The position numbers and the translations under genes were made by a program. From Rhizobium sp. Q54 (GTDB taxonomy: Bacteria; Pseudomonadota; Alphaproteobacteria; Rickettsiales; UBA1997): a stretch of 64,000 nucleotides of DNA. The number at the start of each line of letters is the position of its first letter. Positions within the stretch are counted from its first letter, which is position 1. Location: NCBI GenBank assembly GCA_945871805.1, contig CAMBXE010000001.1:14985-78984 (forward strand), written 5' to 3'. The notes below the pieces were generated by a model. The model was not told the origin of the DNA, ran no database searches, and saw only the letters and a program-made list of their open reading frames with translations. Shown here one piece after another: positions 17,587 to 27,377 of this stretch.

Positions 17587-18282
17587 ATGTCGCTCGAGGC
17601 TTTTTCTGAATATTGGCATTTGCCGAAAAAAAATGAGCAGGAATTAGGAAATTTAATCGGTGGATATTTCGGCGCTTCTTACGGCGTAGCAAAAAATCTT
17701 GAGCTCACTTTTGGCAGCCTTGTCGGCTATAATTTTCACAATAGTAACGTCGCTTTGTCGAACCCGATTTTTCAGGCCAAGACAATGGTTTATACCTCGC
17801 GCAAGCAGGTCATTCCTAGCGTTGCGCTTGAGGCTGGTTACGTTGATAAGCGCGGTCGAGATCAATATTTTGATTCAGCTAAAAACACCTATTTACTCGG
17901 GGTCGCGACGAGTAAATTTTTTGACGACGATCTAATTATTCACGTAAATTCCGGCGTTAAATCATCTCACAATATTGATCAACAATCGAATGTTTCGCGC
18001 TTACATCTTGGTGTCGCGTTCGATGTGGCGCTTACTTCCGATCAAGTAAGATTTATTGCAGAGAGCTACAACGGCACACCAAATTCGCCGCGCGATTCGC
18101 CGGGATTTTTTCACTCTTACCAAGTGGGTTTCAGGTTCATTAAATCGTCGAATTTATCCTTCCATATTCTAACCGGCAGTCAGCCAACTTTCGCTGGTTA
18201 CGACACAAATAATGAAATGCTCTACCGCCGCACTCAGTGGCTTCAAGTAGGGGTCAGAAAGATTATTGATGATTTGTTTTAG
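17587..18282 (+). CDS. putative outer-membrane beta-barrel protein (MetA-pathway/'transporter' OMP-like)
   Basis: Alternating beta-strand-like pattern and C-terminal Phe (..IIDDLF). The frame is open upstream to 17467 and encodes a signal-peptide-like stretch from a CTG at 17482. Confidence 0.6.
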   Translation: MSLEAFSEYWHLPKKNEQELGNLIGGYFGASYGVAKNLELTFGSLVGYNFHNSNVALSNPIFQAKTMVYTSRKQVIPSVALEAGYVDKRGRDQYFDSAKNTYLLGVATSKFFDDDLIIHVNSGVKSSHNIDQQSNVSRLHLGVAFDVALTSDQVRFIAESYNGTPNSPRDSPGFFHSYQVGFRFIKSSNLSFHILTGSQPTFAGYDTNNEMLYRRTQWLQVGVRKIIDDLF

Positions 18283-18291
18283 AAGTGCCCT

Positions 18292-21200
18292 TTAGGCAGG
18301 ATTTTCCAAAAATTTAATCCACATTTTCGAAATTTTTTCCGACAAAGAATTTTGTTCGCAGCGATTGTGTAAATGCGCAAAATCTAGCTTGTCCATTTCT
18401 TGATCTTGCTGCCCGCAGGAATAAAAATATTCCCATTCCCCCGCGTTATTTTTTCTTTTCTGCAGGCATTGCGAGCACACACCTTTCAACATGCATTGCA
18501 TTGGCGAGTTAAGGCTGGTGATCGCGATTGGCGCTTGTTGCAGCGCGGGAATTTCATGACGAAGTTTGGCGACTTCATGCATCATCGAATCATTGCCGAT
18601 GGTGAAAATTCGGTCGATTTTAGGAAAAGAATAGTTCCTCACGGAGTCAATCACTGAGCCCTGAATGCCCTCGACTGAAATTATTAATTCCGCGCAAGAT
18701 TTTCTCATTTTTTCTTCCTGAATAATGAAAGAGCTGTCGCGGTAACCAGCAAAAAAAATCACGCGACAACCATTGGCGCTCATGGCTTCGGCGATTTTAG
18801 TTAGCGGCTGATTTCCTCTTCCACCGCCAATTAAAACTACAGTTTCATCTTTTGGAATTTCTGTCGGCTTACCGCTTGGGCCCATGAAAACACAAGGCTC
18901 GCCCGCTTTAAAATTTTTAATTAAATGGGTGGATCCGCCAGTATCGATAACGATGCCACTAATAATTCCTTGCGCGCGATCAACCGACAAAGCCGTCACC
19001 GGCAAGCCCTCCATCGCCATTAACTGATCCCCAATTTTCGGCGCGAGCGCGTGGTAATTTTGTAAACGGAAAATATGACCAAGCTCAGTTTGATTCGCCA
19101 AAAGCGGCGCCTTCACAAACACTTCAAACACGTTCTCCGACAACATTTCAACCTTCTCAATCCTAACCAAAAAATCTTCAGAGTAGTCGCGTTGAGCTTG
19201 TTGAAGTGTGACGAGATTTAAAATTCGAGTAATCTCCACGTGCCCAATCTTCGCACTCGCCATTGCCTTCACCACATTTCCTTCAAAATTCGGATGCAAA
19301 TCGCCAAAAAAACTCACCGCTTTTTTCGTCTCGTCGTCAATTTTTGTAATAACGCTAAAATCCTTCGGACGCGCGCTGTGAGTGATTGGATAATGTTTGT
19401 GATTCTCGTCAATTTCGGCGAAATATTTTCCTTCAATTTCAAAATCTAAATCATCTTCAAGCTTTGGCGAAAGGTTCGGAGTCGTGCCCGCGGCGACTAA
19501 AATTGTTTTGCATTCAAATGATTTTCCGTCTGCGCATTTGAGATTTTTTACGTGACCAAATTTATCGAGTTCTGCTTCAAGCGGCGTGACATTTTCGATA
19601 AATTCAATTCCCTCTTCAAAAGATTTAACAAGCTCTTGGTGGTTGAGCCTGTAAGCCGGAGAGTCTTGTATTTTTTTTCGGTAAAGAATTTTTACAGCCG
19701 GAAAATTTTTCTGATTCAAAAATTCTTCAGCGATTTCTTTTTCCTCTTCACTGAGCAGCGGCCAAATTTTTTCTTTGCCGATTTTGTTAAATTTGTCGGA
19801 AAATTTTTTTACCTGAGTTGTGTAATAAGCCTGCGCTTCGCAGGCGGTGTCGGTTGCGGTAAGGCCTCCGCCGATTACCACGATCGGCATTCTGATTTGC
19901 AAATTGGTGAATAATTCTTCTTTGAACGAACCAGTTAATTGTAGTGACATTAAAAAATCTGAAGCCGATTTAATGCCTTTCGCAAAATTATTTTTTAGAT
20001 TAATAATATTAGGCCGACCCGCGCCAATGCAGAGTGCAATGTGATCGAAGCCGTAAGTTTCAAAAGCGATTTTATCGGTGATTGAAGAGCCAAAACGAAT
20101 GCCGCCAAACATGCGAAAATTTTTTCGACGCTCCAAAAGCAGGCGAATAATTTTTAAATAATTTTTATCCCAGCGCACCGTTATTCCGTATTCTGCAACG
20201 CCGCCAAAGCCTTGAATTAAGCGACTTCCAAGCGATTCGTAAATTTCGTCGAGATATTTTATTGGCTTAAATTTTGTGCGATTTCCGAGCGCGTCGATTC
20301 CAGAAATTTCGCAAGGAAGCGGTTCAATTTTTAATCCATCAATCGCGACAACTTCGTGCCCGTCATTTAGTAAATAATGCGCGAGCGTGTAGCCTGCTGG
20401 CCCGAGACCACAGACTAAAACTTTTTTACCCGATTTTTTTTCGGGTAATTTTTTTTCCGCGAGTGGATTCCAGCGCGTGAGCAACGAATAGATTTCGAAG
20501 CCGTAAGGCAAAGCAAGAATGTCTTTTAACGTGCGTGTTTCGATTTGTGGGATGTCCACTGGCTCTTGTTTTTGGTAAATGCAGGACTTCATGCAATCGT
20601 TGCAAATACGGTGCCCAGTGCCCGCAATCATTGGGTTGTCGATTGTGGCTACGGCGAGAGCGGCGAGCGAAAAACCTTCCGACTTCAACAAATTCATTTC
20701 CGAAATTTTTTGGTCGAGCGGACAACCGCGAAGTTCAACTTCGAGTGAATCAATTTTAATTTTCTCGGATTCTTTTTCGAAAATTCCCGTACGACAGGAA
20801 TCTTTTTTCTGCTTGTGACAAAAAATACAGTAGTGGGCTTCGGCTAGAATACGATTGAGTCCAAAGCCTGTGTCAGTTAAATCAAATCCTTCGCGATTTG
20901 ATTTTTCCTGACACAAATTTTTCTCGAAAGAAATCAAATTTTGCTGATCAGTTTTCTGCGGAAGAATAAAAAGTGCGCCGCGGCGGTGAAGCTTGCGACC
21001 CTCTTGTGAGTAAAGCGCGAAGCGGGCGTAATCGGTAAGAATTTCTAAACTTTCTTCCGCCAAAATTTTTGTGGCGAGTTGTTTTTCGAGGTCGTCGAGA
21101 TCTTGGTAAGAGATTTTTAGATTTTGGAGAAGTCTTGCTCCATCTAGTTCGGCAGGTGCATCTTTAAATTTCTTTGCAACAAATCTTTGCACAAATTCAC

Positions 21201-21438
21201 GTCGCGCGACGGAAACTTTTTGTAAATCTTCGTGCTGTTTTTTGAGCAGATCATTTTCTTTTTTAACGCCGAAAAGCTCGACGAGAAAATCTTCAAGAAG
21301 ACGCGCTTTTTGAATTAAATCATTTTCGCCACTCGAGAATTCTGCAAATTTTTGATCCAATTTTACCAGACCTTCACGCTCGTAAAGATCGTCAAAAGTC
21401 AGATTGAATTTAGGGTTTAAAAACTGCTCAGAATTCAT
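18292..21438 (-). CDS. 1048-aa fused oxidoreductase: unknown N-terminal domain, then Fe-S/GltD(NfnB/SudA)-like, then PyrK(NfnA/SudB)-like
   Basis: Cys clusters HYCIFCHKQKKDSC and HRICNDCMKSCIYQ..PVDIP. Rossmann motifs VLVCGLGPAGYTLAHYL and VVIGGGLTATD. C-terminal MGPSGKP, VLIGGGRGNQPL, CMLKGVCSQC. Confidence 0.75.
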   Translation of the reverse strand: MNSEQFLNPKFNLTFDDLYEREGLVKLDQKFAEFSSGENDLIQKARLLEDFLVELFGVKKENDLLKKQHEDLQKVSVARREFVQRFVAKKFKDAPAELDGARLLQNLKISYQDLDDLEKQLATKILAEESLEILTDYARFALYSQEGRKLHRRGALFILPQKTDQQNLISFEKNLCQEKSNREGFDLTDTGFGLNRILAEAHYCIFCHKQKKDSCRTGIFEKESEKIKIDSLEVELRGCPLDQKISEMNLLKSEGFSLAALAVATIDNPMIAGTGHRICNDCMKSCIYQKQEPVDIPQIETRTLKDILALPYGFEIYSLLTRWNPLAEKKLPEKKSGKKVLVCGLGPAGYTLAHYLLNDGHEVVAIDGLKIEPLPCEISGIDALGNRTKFKPIKYLDEIYESLGSRLIQGFGGVAEYGITVRWDKNYLKIIRLLLERRKNFRMFGGIRFGSSITDKIAFETYGFDHIALCIGAGRPNIINLKNNFAKGIKSASDFLMSLQLTGSFKEELFTNLQIRMPIVVIGGGLTATDTACEAQAYYTTQVKKFSDKFNKIGKEKIWPLLSEEEKEIAEEFLNQKNFPAVKILYRKKIQDSPAYRLNHQELVKSFEEGIEFIENVTPLEAELDKFGHVKNLKCADGKSFECKTILVAAGTTPNLSPKLEDDLDFEIEGKYFAEIDENHKHYPITHSARPKDFSVITKIDDETKKAVSFFGDLHPNFEGNVVKAMASAKIGHVEITRILNLVTLQQAQRDYSEDFLVRIEKVEMLSENVFEVFVKAPLLANQTELGHIFRLQNYHALAPKIGDQLMAMEGLPVTALSVDRAQGIISGIVIDTGGSTHLIKNFKAGEPCVFMGPSGKPTEIPKDETVVLIGGGRGNQPLTKIAEAMSANGCRVIFFAGYRDSSFIIQEEKMRKSCAELIISVEGIQGSVIDSVRNYSFPKIDRIFTIGNDSMMHEVAKLRHEIPALQQAPIAITSLNSPMQCMLKGVCSQCLQKRKNNAGEWEYFYSCGQQDQEMDKLDFAHLHNRCEQNSLSEKISKMWIKFLENPA

Positions 21439-21523
21439 TAGTTAAAAATCGAGATTGTTTACGAGGCTTAGAGCCAAGAGGATTTGACCGTGTCGAATAC
21501 TTGCCGCGCGGCAAGTATCTTCT

Positions 21524-21558
21524 AACCCAGATCGATCATTGAACGACGGATCTGAGTT
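21524..21558. repeat. mini-palindrome resembling the fused termini of the family-A element
   Basis: aacccagatcgatcatt gaacgacggatctgagtt versus family-A ends aacccagatccgtcatt...aatgacggatctgggtt. Confidence 0.55.
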
Positions 21559-22556
21559 TAATTTCTCTTCGCCATTTCAATCGCGCCGTAAGAAATAATC
21601 GCCGAAGCGCCGGCTCTTTTAAACGAAATTAAACTCTCGAAAAAAACTTGATCAAAGTCAAAAGCGCCCTGCGCGGCCGCAAGTTTTAACATCGCGTATT
21701 CGCCACTGACTTGGTAAGAAATTACGGGAAGAGGAAAATTTTTGGCGGCTTGTGAGACGATGTCTAAGTAAGGCATTCCAGGTTTAACGATTATTAAATC
21801 GGCGCCCTCTTCGACGTCTAGCGCGATTTCGCGCATTGCTTCAGTCGAGTTGCGGAAATCCATTTGGTAAGTTTTTTTATCTTTTTCTCCTGGAGACTTT
21901 TTTAAGTTTGAAGCTGATCCAACCGCGTCTCTGAATGGTCCATAAAAAGCTGAAGCATATTTAACGGCGTAGGACATTAGCAGCGTGTTGGTGAAATTTG
22001 CCTCATCCAAAACATCGCGAATTATTCCGATTCTTCCGTCCATCATGTCGGAAGGGGCGATTACGTCGCAGCCGGCTGCGGCTTGAACTAGAGCCTGTTC
22101 GCAGAGAATTTCGATTGTTGCATCATTTTCGATTTCGCCTTTTTTATTTAGAATTCCATCGTGGCCGTGAGAGGTGTAAGGATCGAGTGCGACGTCAGCG
22201 ATTACGCCGATTTCTGGCACGGCATTTTTAATCGCGGCAATCGTGCGGCAGATTAAATTTTTTGGATTTGTTGCTTCTGTTCCGGTCGAGTTTTTGAGTT
22301 TTTGATCGGTTACTGGAAAGAGCATCAAAGCAGGAATGCCAAGCTTGTGAGCCTCTTTGGCTTTTTTCACAATCAGATCGATTCCGAAACGAGAAACGCC
22401 GGGCAAGGTAGAAATTTTTTCTTCCGTATTTTTGCCTTCGATTATGAAAAGTGGTAAAATTAAATCACTTGGAGTGAGAATATTTTGCGCAGTTAATTCG
22501 CGAATCCACGGGGCTTGACGATTTCGTCTCAAACGAGTTCTTGGAAAGAAAGGCAT
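21558..22556 (-). CDS. hemB: porphobilinogen synthase (delta-aminolevulinate dehydratase)
   Basis: RLRRNR N-terminus, Asp-rich metal site ADVALDPYTSHGHDG, active-site Lys region IIVKPGMPYLD. Confidence 0.95.
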   Translation of the reverse strand: MPFFPRTRLRRNRQAPWIRELTAQNILTPSDLILPLFIIEGKNTEEKISTLPGVSRFGIDLIVKKAKEAHKLGIPALMLFPVTDQKLKNSTGTEATNPKNLICRTIAAIKNAVPEIGVIADVALDPYTSHGHDGILNKKGEIENDATIEILCEQALVQAAAGCDVIAPSDMMDGRIGIIRDVLDEANFTNTLLMSYAVKYASAFYGPFRDAVGSASNLKKSPGEKDKKTYQMDFRNSTEAMREIALDVEEGADLIIVKPGMPYLDIVSQAAKNFPLPVISYQVSGEYAMLKLAAAQGAFDFDQVFFESLISFKRAGASAIISYGAIEMAKRN

Positions 22557-22591
22557 TGCTGTAAATTTGTAATTAAAAAATTCCTCAAAAC

Positions 22592-23401
22592 ATGAAAAAC
22601 ATTCTTGAAGAGATTTACCAGCACAAGCTCGTCGAAGTTAGAAACCGTAAGAAAGATTTGTCGGTTTCAGAAATTTGTGCGCAGACAAAATGCAGCGAAA
22701 GCAAATCAAAATATCCCCATGTGGATTTTTTTGCGGCGCTAAAAAATAAAGACGAGCGCGGAGAAATTGGATTGATTTGTGAGATCAAAAAAGCTTCGCC
22801 TTCGCACGGAATAATTCGTGAAGATTTTGATCACCTTGAAATTGCCAAGGCTTACGTGGAAGGGGGTGCAACTTGTATCTCGATTTTGACTGACGAGAAA
22901 TATTTTCAGGGAAAAAATGAATATTTACAGGAGGTTCGCGCGCTGACAAATCTGCCGCTTTTGCGCAAAGATTTTATTGTCGACACTTACCAAATTTACG
23001 AAGCGAAAATGCTCGGCGCGAATTGCATTTTGTTGATTGTTGCAATGCTTGACGATGCAAAATTAATCGAGCTTGAGCAATGCGCGTTAGATGCCGGCTT
23101 GTCTGTGTTGATCGAGGTTCATAGCGAAGAGGAATTGCAGCGCGCATCGAAGTTAAAAAGCAAATTACTCGGCATTAATAATCGTGATTTGAAGACGCTA
23201 AAAGTTGATTTGCAGACTTCGTTATTGCTCTCGGAACTCGTTCCAGATGATTATGTTTTGGTTTCAGAAAGCGGAATAAAAGACGCGCTAGACATCGATT
23301 TATTACAGCAAGCGGGGATCAATTGTTTTCTAATCGGAGAGCATTTTATGCGGCAGAAGAACATCGCTAGGGCGGTAAAAGAAATTGCTATTTTGCCTTA
23401 A
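22592..23401 (+). CDS. trpC: indole-3-glycerol phosphate synthase
   Basis: ICEIKKASPS, LRKDFIVDTYQIYEA, LIEVHSEEEL, GINNRDL. Confidence 0.93.
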   Translation: MKNILEEIYQHKLVEVRNRKKDLSVSEICAQTKCSESKSKYPHVDFFAALKNKDERGEIGLICEIKKASPSHGIIREDFDHLEIAKAYVEGGATCISILTDEKYFQGKNEYLQEVRALTNLPLLRKDFIVDTYQIYEAKMLGANCILLIVAMLDDAKLIELEQCALDAGLSVLIEVHSEEELQRASKLKSKLLGINNRDLKTLKVDLQTSLLLSELVPDDYVLVSESGIKDALDIDLLQQAGINCFLIGEHFMRQKNIARAVKEIAILP

Positions 23402-23485
23402 TGAATAAATATTTTTAACACCACTCACATCAGTTTATCTAACAGAATTCCAATCCTCCCAACTTAAGTAAATCAAGGCCTTGCC

Positions 23486-24808
23486 ATGGAAGTAGCAATA
23501 AAAAATACCTACGACAAAAAACTGAAAAGAGATTACCAAATCACCATTCCTCACGCGATGATTAATGGCAAAATCAACGAATATGTTGCCAAGGTTGGCA
23601 AAACTTTTTCTTTGAAGGGTTTTCGTAAAGGCCAAGTGCCGCACGAAGTAATCAAAGAAAAATACGGCAAATCAATAATGGCTGACGAGGCGGATAAAAT
23701 TATTTCCGACACGCTAAAAAAGCTGGTTGCAGACAATCAAATCAAGCTCGCACTTCCGCCAAAAATCGATATTAAATTTTTTGAAATCGACAAAGACATT
23801 GAGTTCACAGCTACTCTTGAGCTTTACCCGCAGCTTCCGGAAGTCGAATTAAATAAAATTAAAGTTACTAAAAGAGAGGCTGAAATCGCCGCTTCCGATG
23901 TTGATGAAGCGATGAATAAAATGCTAAAATTCTACCGGAAGTGGGACAAGCAAGATGCTGGTTACAAAGCTAAATTGGGCGATTCAGTGAATATTGATTA
24001 CGTCGGAAAAATGGACAAAAATGAATTCGAAGGCGGCGCTGCGAAAGGCCACCAGCTTGAACTTGGAACCAATAGTTTTATTGACGATTTCGAGAAGCAA
24101 TTGGTTGGTAAAAAAGCTGGCGAAGAAACTCGCGTAAAAGTGAAATTTCCGAAAGATTATCACAAAGAAGATTTCTCAGGAAAGGCGGCAGAATTTGATG
24201 TGAAAATCAATGAAGTTTTAACTGCGCAAATGCCTGAAATTACTGACGAATTTATCAGCGCTAATTTCGGAATGGAAAATAAAGAGAAGCTAGTCGAGGC
24301 GGTAAAGGGCCAGATTGCGAATAGCTACGAAGAAATGTCGCGCACGTTTTTCAAAAAAGAATTTTTTGATTTCTTGAACAAGAAGCATGATTTCGAGTTG
24401 CCAGTTGGATTAGTTGAAGAGCAATTGACTCAGCTTTGGACAGAAGAAGAGCAGGCCAAATACAAAACCGAAAAAGAACAAGAAAAAGCTAAAGAAAAAA
24501 AACGCGAACTTGCTGAGCGCATGATCCGTTGCGGCATGATTTTATCTGATCTCGCGCAAAAAAATAAAATCGAAGTCAGCAACGACGACGTGAATAAAGA
24601 ATTTGGTAAAATTCTTACTCGCTTTCCTAACCAGGAAAAAGCGGTGATCGAATATTATCAAAAAAATCAAGGAGCAGTGCAGCAATTGCGCGGCTCTATT
24701 CTTGAAGAAAAGGCGATTGATTTCGTTTTGACTCAGCCTTCAATCGAGAAGAAAAAAATCGCTTTAAAAGAGTTCGACAAACTCTGGGCAAAATCTAACG
24801 AGGAATAA
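23486..24808 (+). CDS. tig: trigger factor
   Basis: 440 aa with N-terminal ribosome-binding region GFRKGQVP and FKBP-like GDSVNIDYVGKMDKNEFEGG. Confidence 0.93.
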   Translation: MEVAIKNTYDKKLKRDYQITIPHAMINGKINEYVAKVGKTFSLKGFRKGQVPHEVIKEKYGKSIMADEADKIISDTLKKLVADNQIKLALPPKIDIKFFEIDKDIEFTATLELYPQLPEVELNKIKVTKREAEIAASDVDEAMNKMLKFYRKWDKQDAGYKAKLGDSVNIDYVGKMDKNEFEGGAAKGHQLELGTNSFIDDFEKQLVGKKAGEETRVKVKFPKDYHKEDFSGKAAEFDVKINEVLTAQMPEITDEFISANFGMENKEKLVEAVKGQIANSYEEMSRTFFKKEFFDFLNKKHDFELPVGLVEEQLTQLWTEEEQAKYKTEKEQEKAKEKKRELAERMIRCGMILSDLAQKNKIEVSNDDVNKEFGKILTRFPNQEKAVIEYYQKNQGAVQQLRGSILEEKAIDFVLTQPSIEKKKIALKEFDKLWAKSNEE

Positions 24809-24809
24809 A

Positions 24810-25484
24810 ATGCACGATTTTCTAGACGCAGTAAAAATGGTTACCTTCCCGATTCATAAGGAAGGCTTCAAATTCATCTTCATCTTCGCTTTGGTTACGA
24901 TCATTCTGGCCTTGATGAATAACGTTCTGGGCTTGATCGGCCTCGTTCTAACCTTGTGGTGCATTTTCTTTTTTCGTGATCCTGAGCGCGTGATTCCGGT
25001 TGAAGAAAATGTCGTGATTAGTCCGGCTGACGGCGTGGTTACTCGCGTAGAATATGGCGTTGAAGCACCAAGCGACCTTGGTTACGGCAAGCAAAAATTT
25101 AACAAAATCAGCGTGTTTTTGAATGTTTTTAACGTTCACGTAAACCGCGTTCCGATTGGTGGCACGATTACTAAAATCAGCTACAAGCCGGGAAAATTTT
25201 TGAGCGCAAATGCCTCTGACGCAAGCAGCGAAAACGAAAGAAACTCAGCTGTGGTTAAGCTCGACAATGGCAAAGAAATTATCTTCGTTCAAGTCGCTGG
25301 CCTAGTTGCGCGTCGTATCATTTCTGATTTGAAGGAAGGGCAAAAAGTAGCAACGGGCGATCGTTACGGAATCATTCGTTTTGGCAGCCGCGCGGATATT
25401 TATTTACCAGAAAATGTCGCGGTAAAATGCCTCGTCGGTCAAACAATGATTGGCGGCGAAACTATCGTTGCTCGACTAGATTAA
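24810..25484 (+). CDS. psd: phosphatidylserine decarboxylase proenzyme (short type)
   Basis: N-terminal TM and self-cleavage motif GIIRFGSRADIYLP. Confidence 0.9.
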   Translation: MHDFLDAVKMVTFPIHKEGFKFIFIFALVTIILALMNNVLGLIGLVLTLWCIFFFRDPERVIPVEENVVISPADGVVTRVEYGVEAPSDLGYGKQKFNKISVFLNVFNVHVNRVPIGGTITKISYKPGKFLSANASDASSENERNSAVVKLDNGKEIIFVQVAGLVARRIISDLKEGQKVATGDRYGIIRFGSRADIYLPENVAVKCLVGQTMIGGETIVARLD

Positions 25485-25500
25485 AACCGATTCAAGAACG

Positions 25501-25599
25501 GACCTCCATTTTGTCATTCCCGCTTAGGCTGGAATTCGGGAGGTCTCGTAATTTACTCCGAGCTTGCTTTCCTGAATCCCTGCCTACGCGGGGATGAGG
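25501..25599. repeat. cluster of REP-like units
   Basis: gacctcc...gtcattcccgcttaggctggaat...ggaggtc (25501-25545) and cctgaatccctgcctacgcggggatgagg (25571-25599). Confidence 0.7.
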
Positions 25600-25631
25600 T
25601 GGAGAGATCGGTGTAGCTAAATTAAATTTTT

Positions 25632-27167
25632 ATGCGCTCCTCGAATATTGCTAAACTTACTTCTAAACGCGAAGAGGCCAGAATTGGCGGCGGTCAAAAG
25701 AGAATTGATCTTCAGCATTCAAAAGGAAAATTAACGGCACGCGAAAGAATTGAAGTTCTTCTCGACCCAGATTCTTTTGAGGAATATGGCCTTTATGTTG
25801 AGCATCGTTGTGCCGATTTTGGCATGGATGACAAAAAGCATCCAGGGGATGGCGTGGTAACCGGCCAAGGCACGATCAATGGTCGTTTAGTTTTTGTTTA
25901 CAGTCAGGATTTTACCGTAATGGGCGGCTCGCTTGGCGAGGCTCACGCAAAAAAAATCTGTCAAATTCTTGATCGTGCGATGCAAGTTGGTGCGCCAGTT
26001 ATCGGCATGAATGATTCTGGCGGAGCGCGTATCCAAGAAGGTGTAGATTCGCTCGGCGGCTACGGCGAAATTTTCCAGCGAAATATTGATGCGAGTGGTG
26101 TAGTTCCGCAAATCTCTCTAATCATGGGGCCATGCGCCGGCGGCGCGGTTTATTCGCCGGCTCTTACTGATTTTACGGTGATGGTTGAGAATTCATCTTA
26201 CATGTTCGTGACTGGCCCGGACGTGGTTAAAACAGTTACTCACGAAATAATTTCTCAAGAAGATTTAGGGGGCGCATCAGTGCACGGCGCCAAGTCTGGC
26301 GTGGCTCACCTGACTTTCAAAAGCGACATCGAAGCTTTGTTGCAAACTCGTCGTCTGATTAATTTTCTTCCGCTTTCAAATCAAAAAGCATCGCCACAAA
26401 TTCCAGTCGATGACAATGCAGATCGCGTTGACGTGGCGCTAAACACTCTAGTTCCAGAAAATCCGAATCAGCCTTACGACATGTCAGAGCTGGTTGAAAA
26501 GATTTTGGACGAAGGTGACTTTTTTGAAATCCAGCCGAATTACGCCAAAAATATTCTCGTTGGCTTCGGTCGCATGGAAGGCGAAACGGTTGGGATTGTT
26601 GCCAATCAGCCGATGAATTTGGCTGGATGTTTAGACATCAAAGCCTCTGAGAAAGCGGCGCGTTTTATTCGTTTTTGTGACGCGTTTAACATCCCGATTC
26701 TAACTTTCGTTGACGTTCCGGGATTCTTGCCAGGAACAGATCAAGAGCATGCAGGAATTATCCGCCACGGCGCGAAATTGCTTTACGCTTACGGCGAAGC
26801 AACGGTTCCAAAAATCACCGTGATCACCCGTAAAGCCTACGGAGGCGCATACATCGTAATGAATTCAAAACATCTTCGTGGTGACGTGAATTACGCTTGG
26901 GCGAACGCAGAAATTGCAGTAATGGGGCCAGAAGGTGCAGTAGAAATTATCTTCCGCGAAGATGCGAAAGATCCAGAATCGAAAGCAAAAAGAGTTGCAG
27001 AATATCGCGAGAAATTTGCTTCGCCTTTTGTGGCCGCGTCACGTGGCTTTATTGACGAAGTGATTCGTCCGCAAAATACCCGTAAAAGAATCTGCGCTTC
27101 ACTGCAAATTTTGAAAAATAAGAAGATCGCCAAGCCTTGGAAGAAGCACGATAACTTGCCACTGTAA
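25632..27167 (+). CDS. pccB: propionyl-CoA carboxylase beta chain / acyl-CoA carboxyltransferase
   Basis: 511 aa, carboxyltransferase motifs [15 protein letters not shown] and [11 protein letters not shown]. Confidence 0.92.
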   Translation: MRSSNIAKLTSKREEARIGGGQKRIDLQHSKGKLTARERIEVLLDPDSFEEYGLYVEHRCADFGMDDKKHPGDGVVTGQGTINGRLVFVYSQDFTVMGGSLGEAHAKKICQILDRAMQVGAPVIGMNDSGGARIQEGVDSLGGYGEIFQRNIDASGVVPQISLIMGPCAGGAVYSPALTDFTVMVENSSYMFVTGPDVVKTVTHEIISQEDLGGASVHGAKSGVAHLTFKSDIEALLQTRRLINFLPLSNQKASPQIPVDDNADRVDVALNTLVPENPNQPYDMSELVEKILDEGDFFEIQPNYAKNILVGFGRMEGETVGIVANQPMNLAGCLDIKASEKAARFIRFCDAFNIPILTFVDVPGFLPGTDQEHAGIIRHGAKLLYAYGEATVPKITVITRKAYGGAYIVMNSKHLRGDVNYAWANAEIAVMGPEGAVEIIFREDAKDPESKAKRVAEYREKFASPFVAASRGFIDEVIRPQNTRKRICASLQILKNKKIAKPWKKHDNLPL

Positions 27168-27192
27168 AAGAAGGCGTCGCGTCGGTGATTTT

Positions 27193-27373
27193 AACCCAGA
27201 TCCGTCATTAGAATTGCGCCATTATTTCTCTAAGCCTTAATTCTGTTAATCTAGTTATCCGCTCCACTCCGTCAGCGTATGCATGCTACGCTTCCGGCGC
27301 GGTGGCTTCGCACAAGACTAAAGAATCAAGGCTTAGAGAAATAATGGCGCAATTCTAATGACTGATCTGGGTT
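27193..27373. repeat. family-A nested palindromic element (RPE/MITE-like), copy 1
   Basis: About 46-bp terminal inverted repeats aacccagatccgtcattagaattgcgccattatttctctaagcctt / aaggcttagagaaataatggcgcaattctaatgactgatctgggtt. Central agcgtatgcatgctacgct hairpin. Confidence 0.9.
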
Positions 27374-27377
27374 AAAC

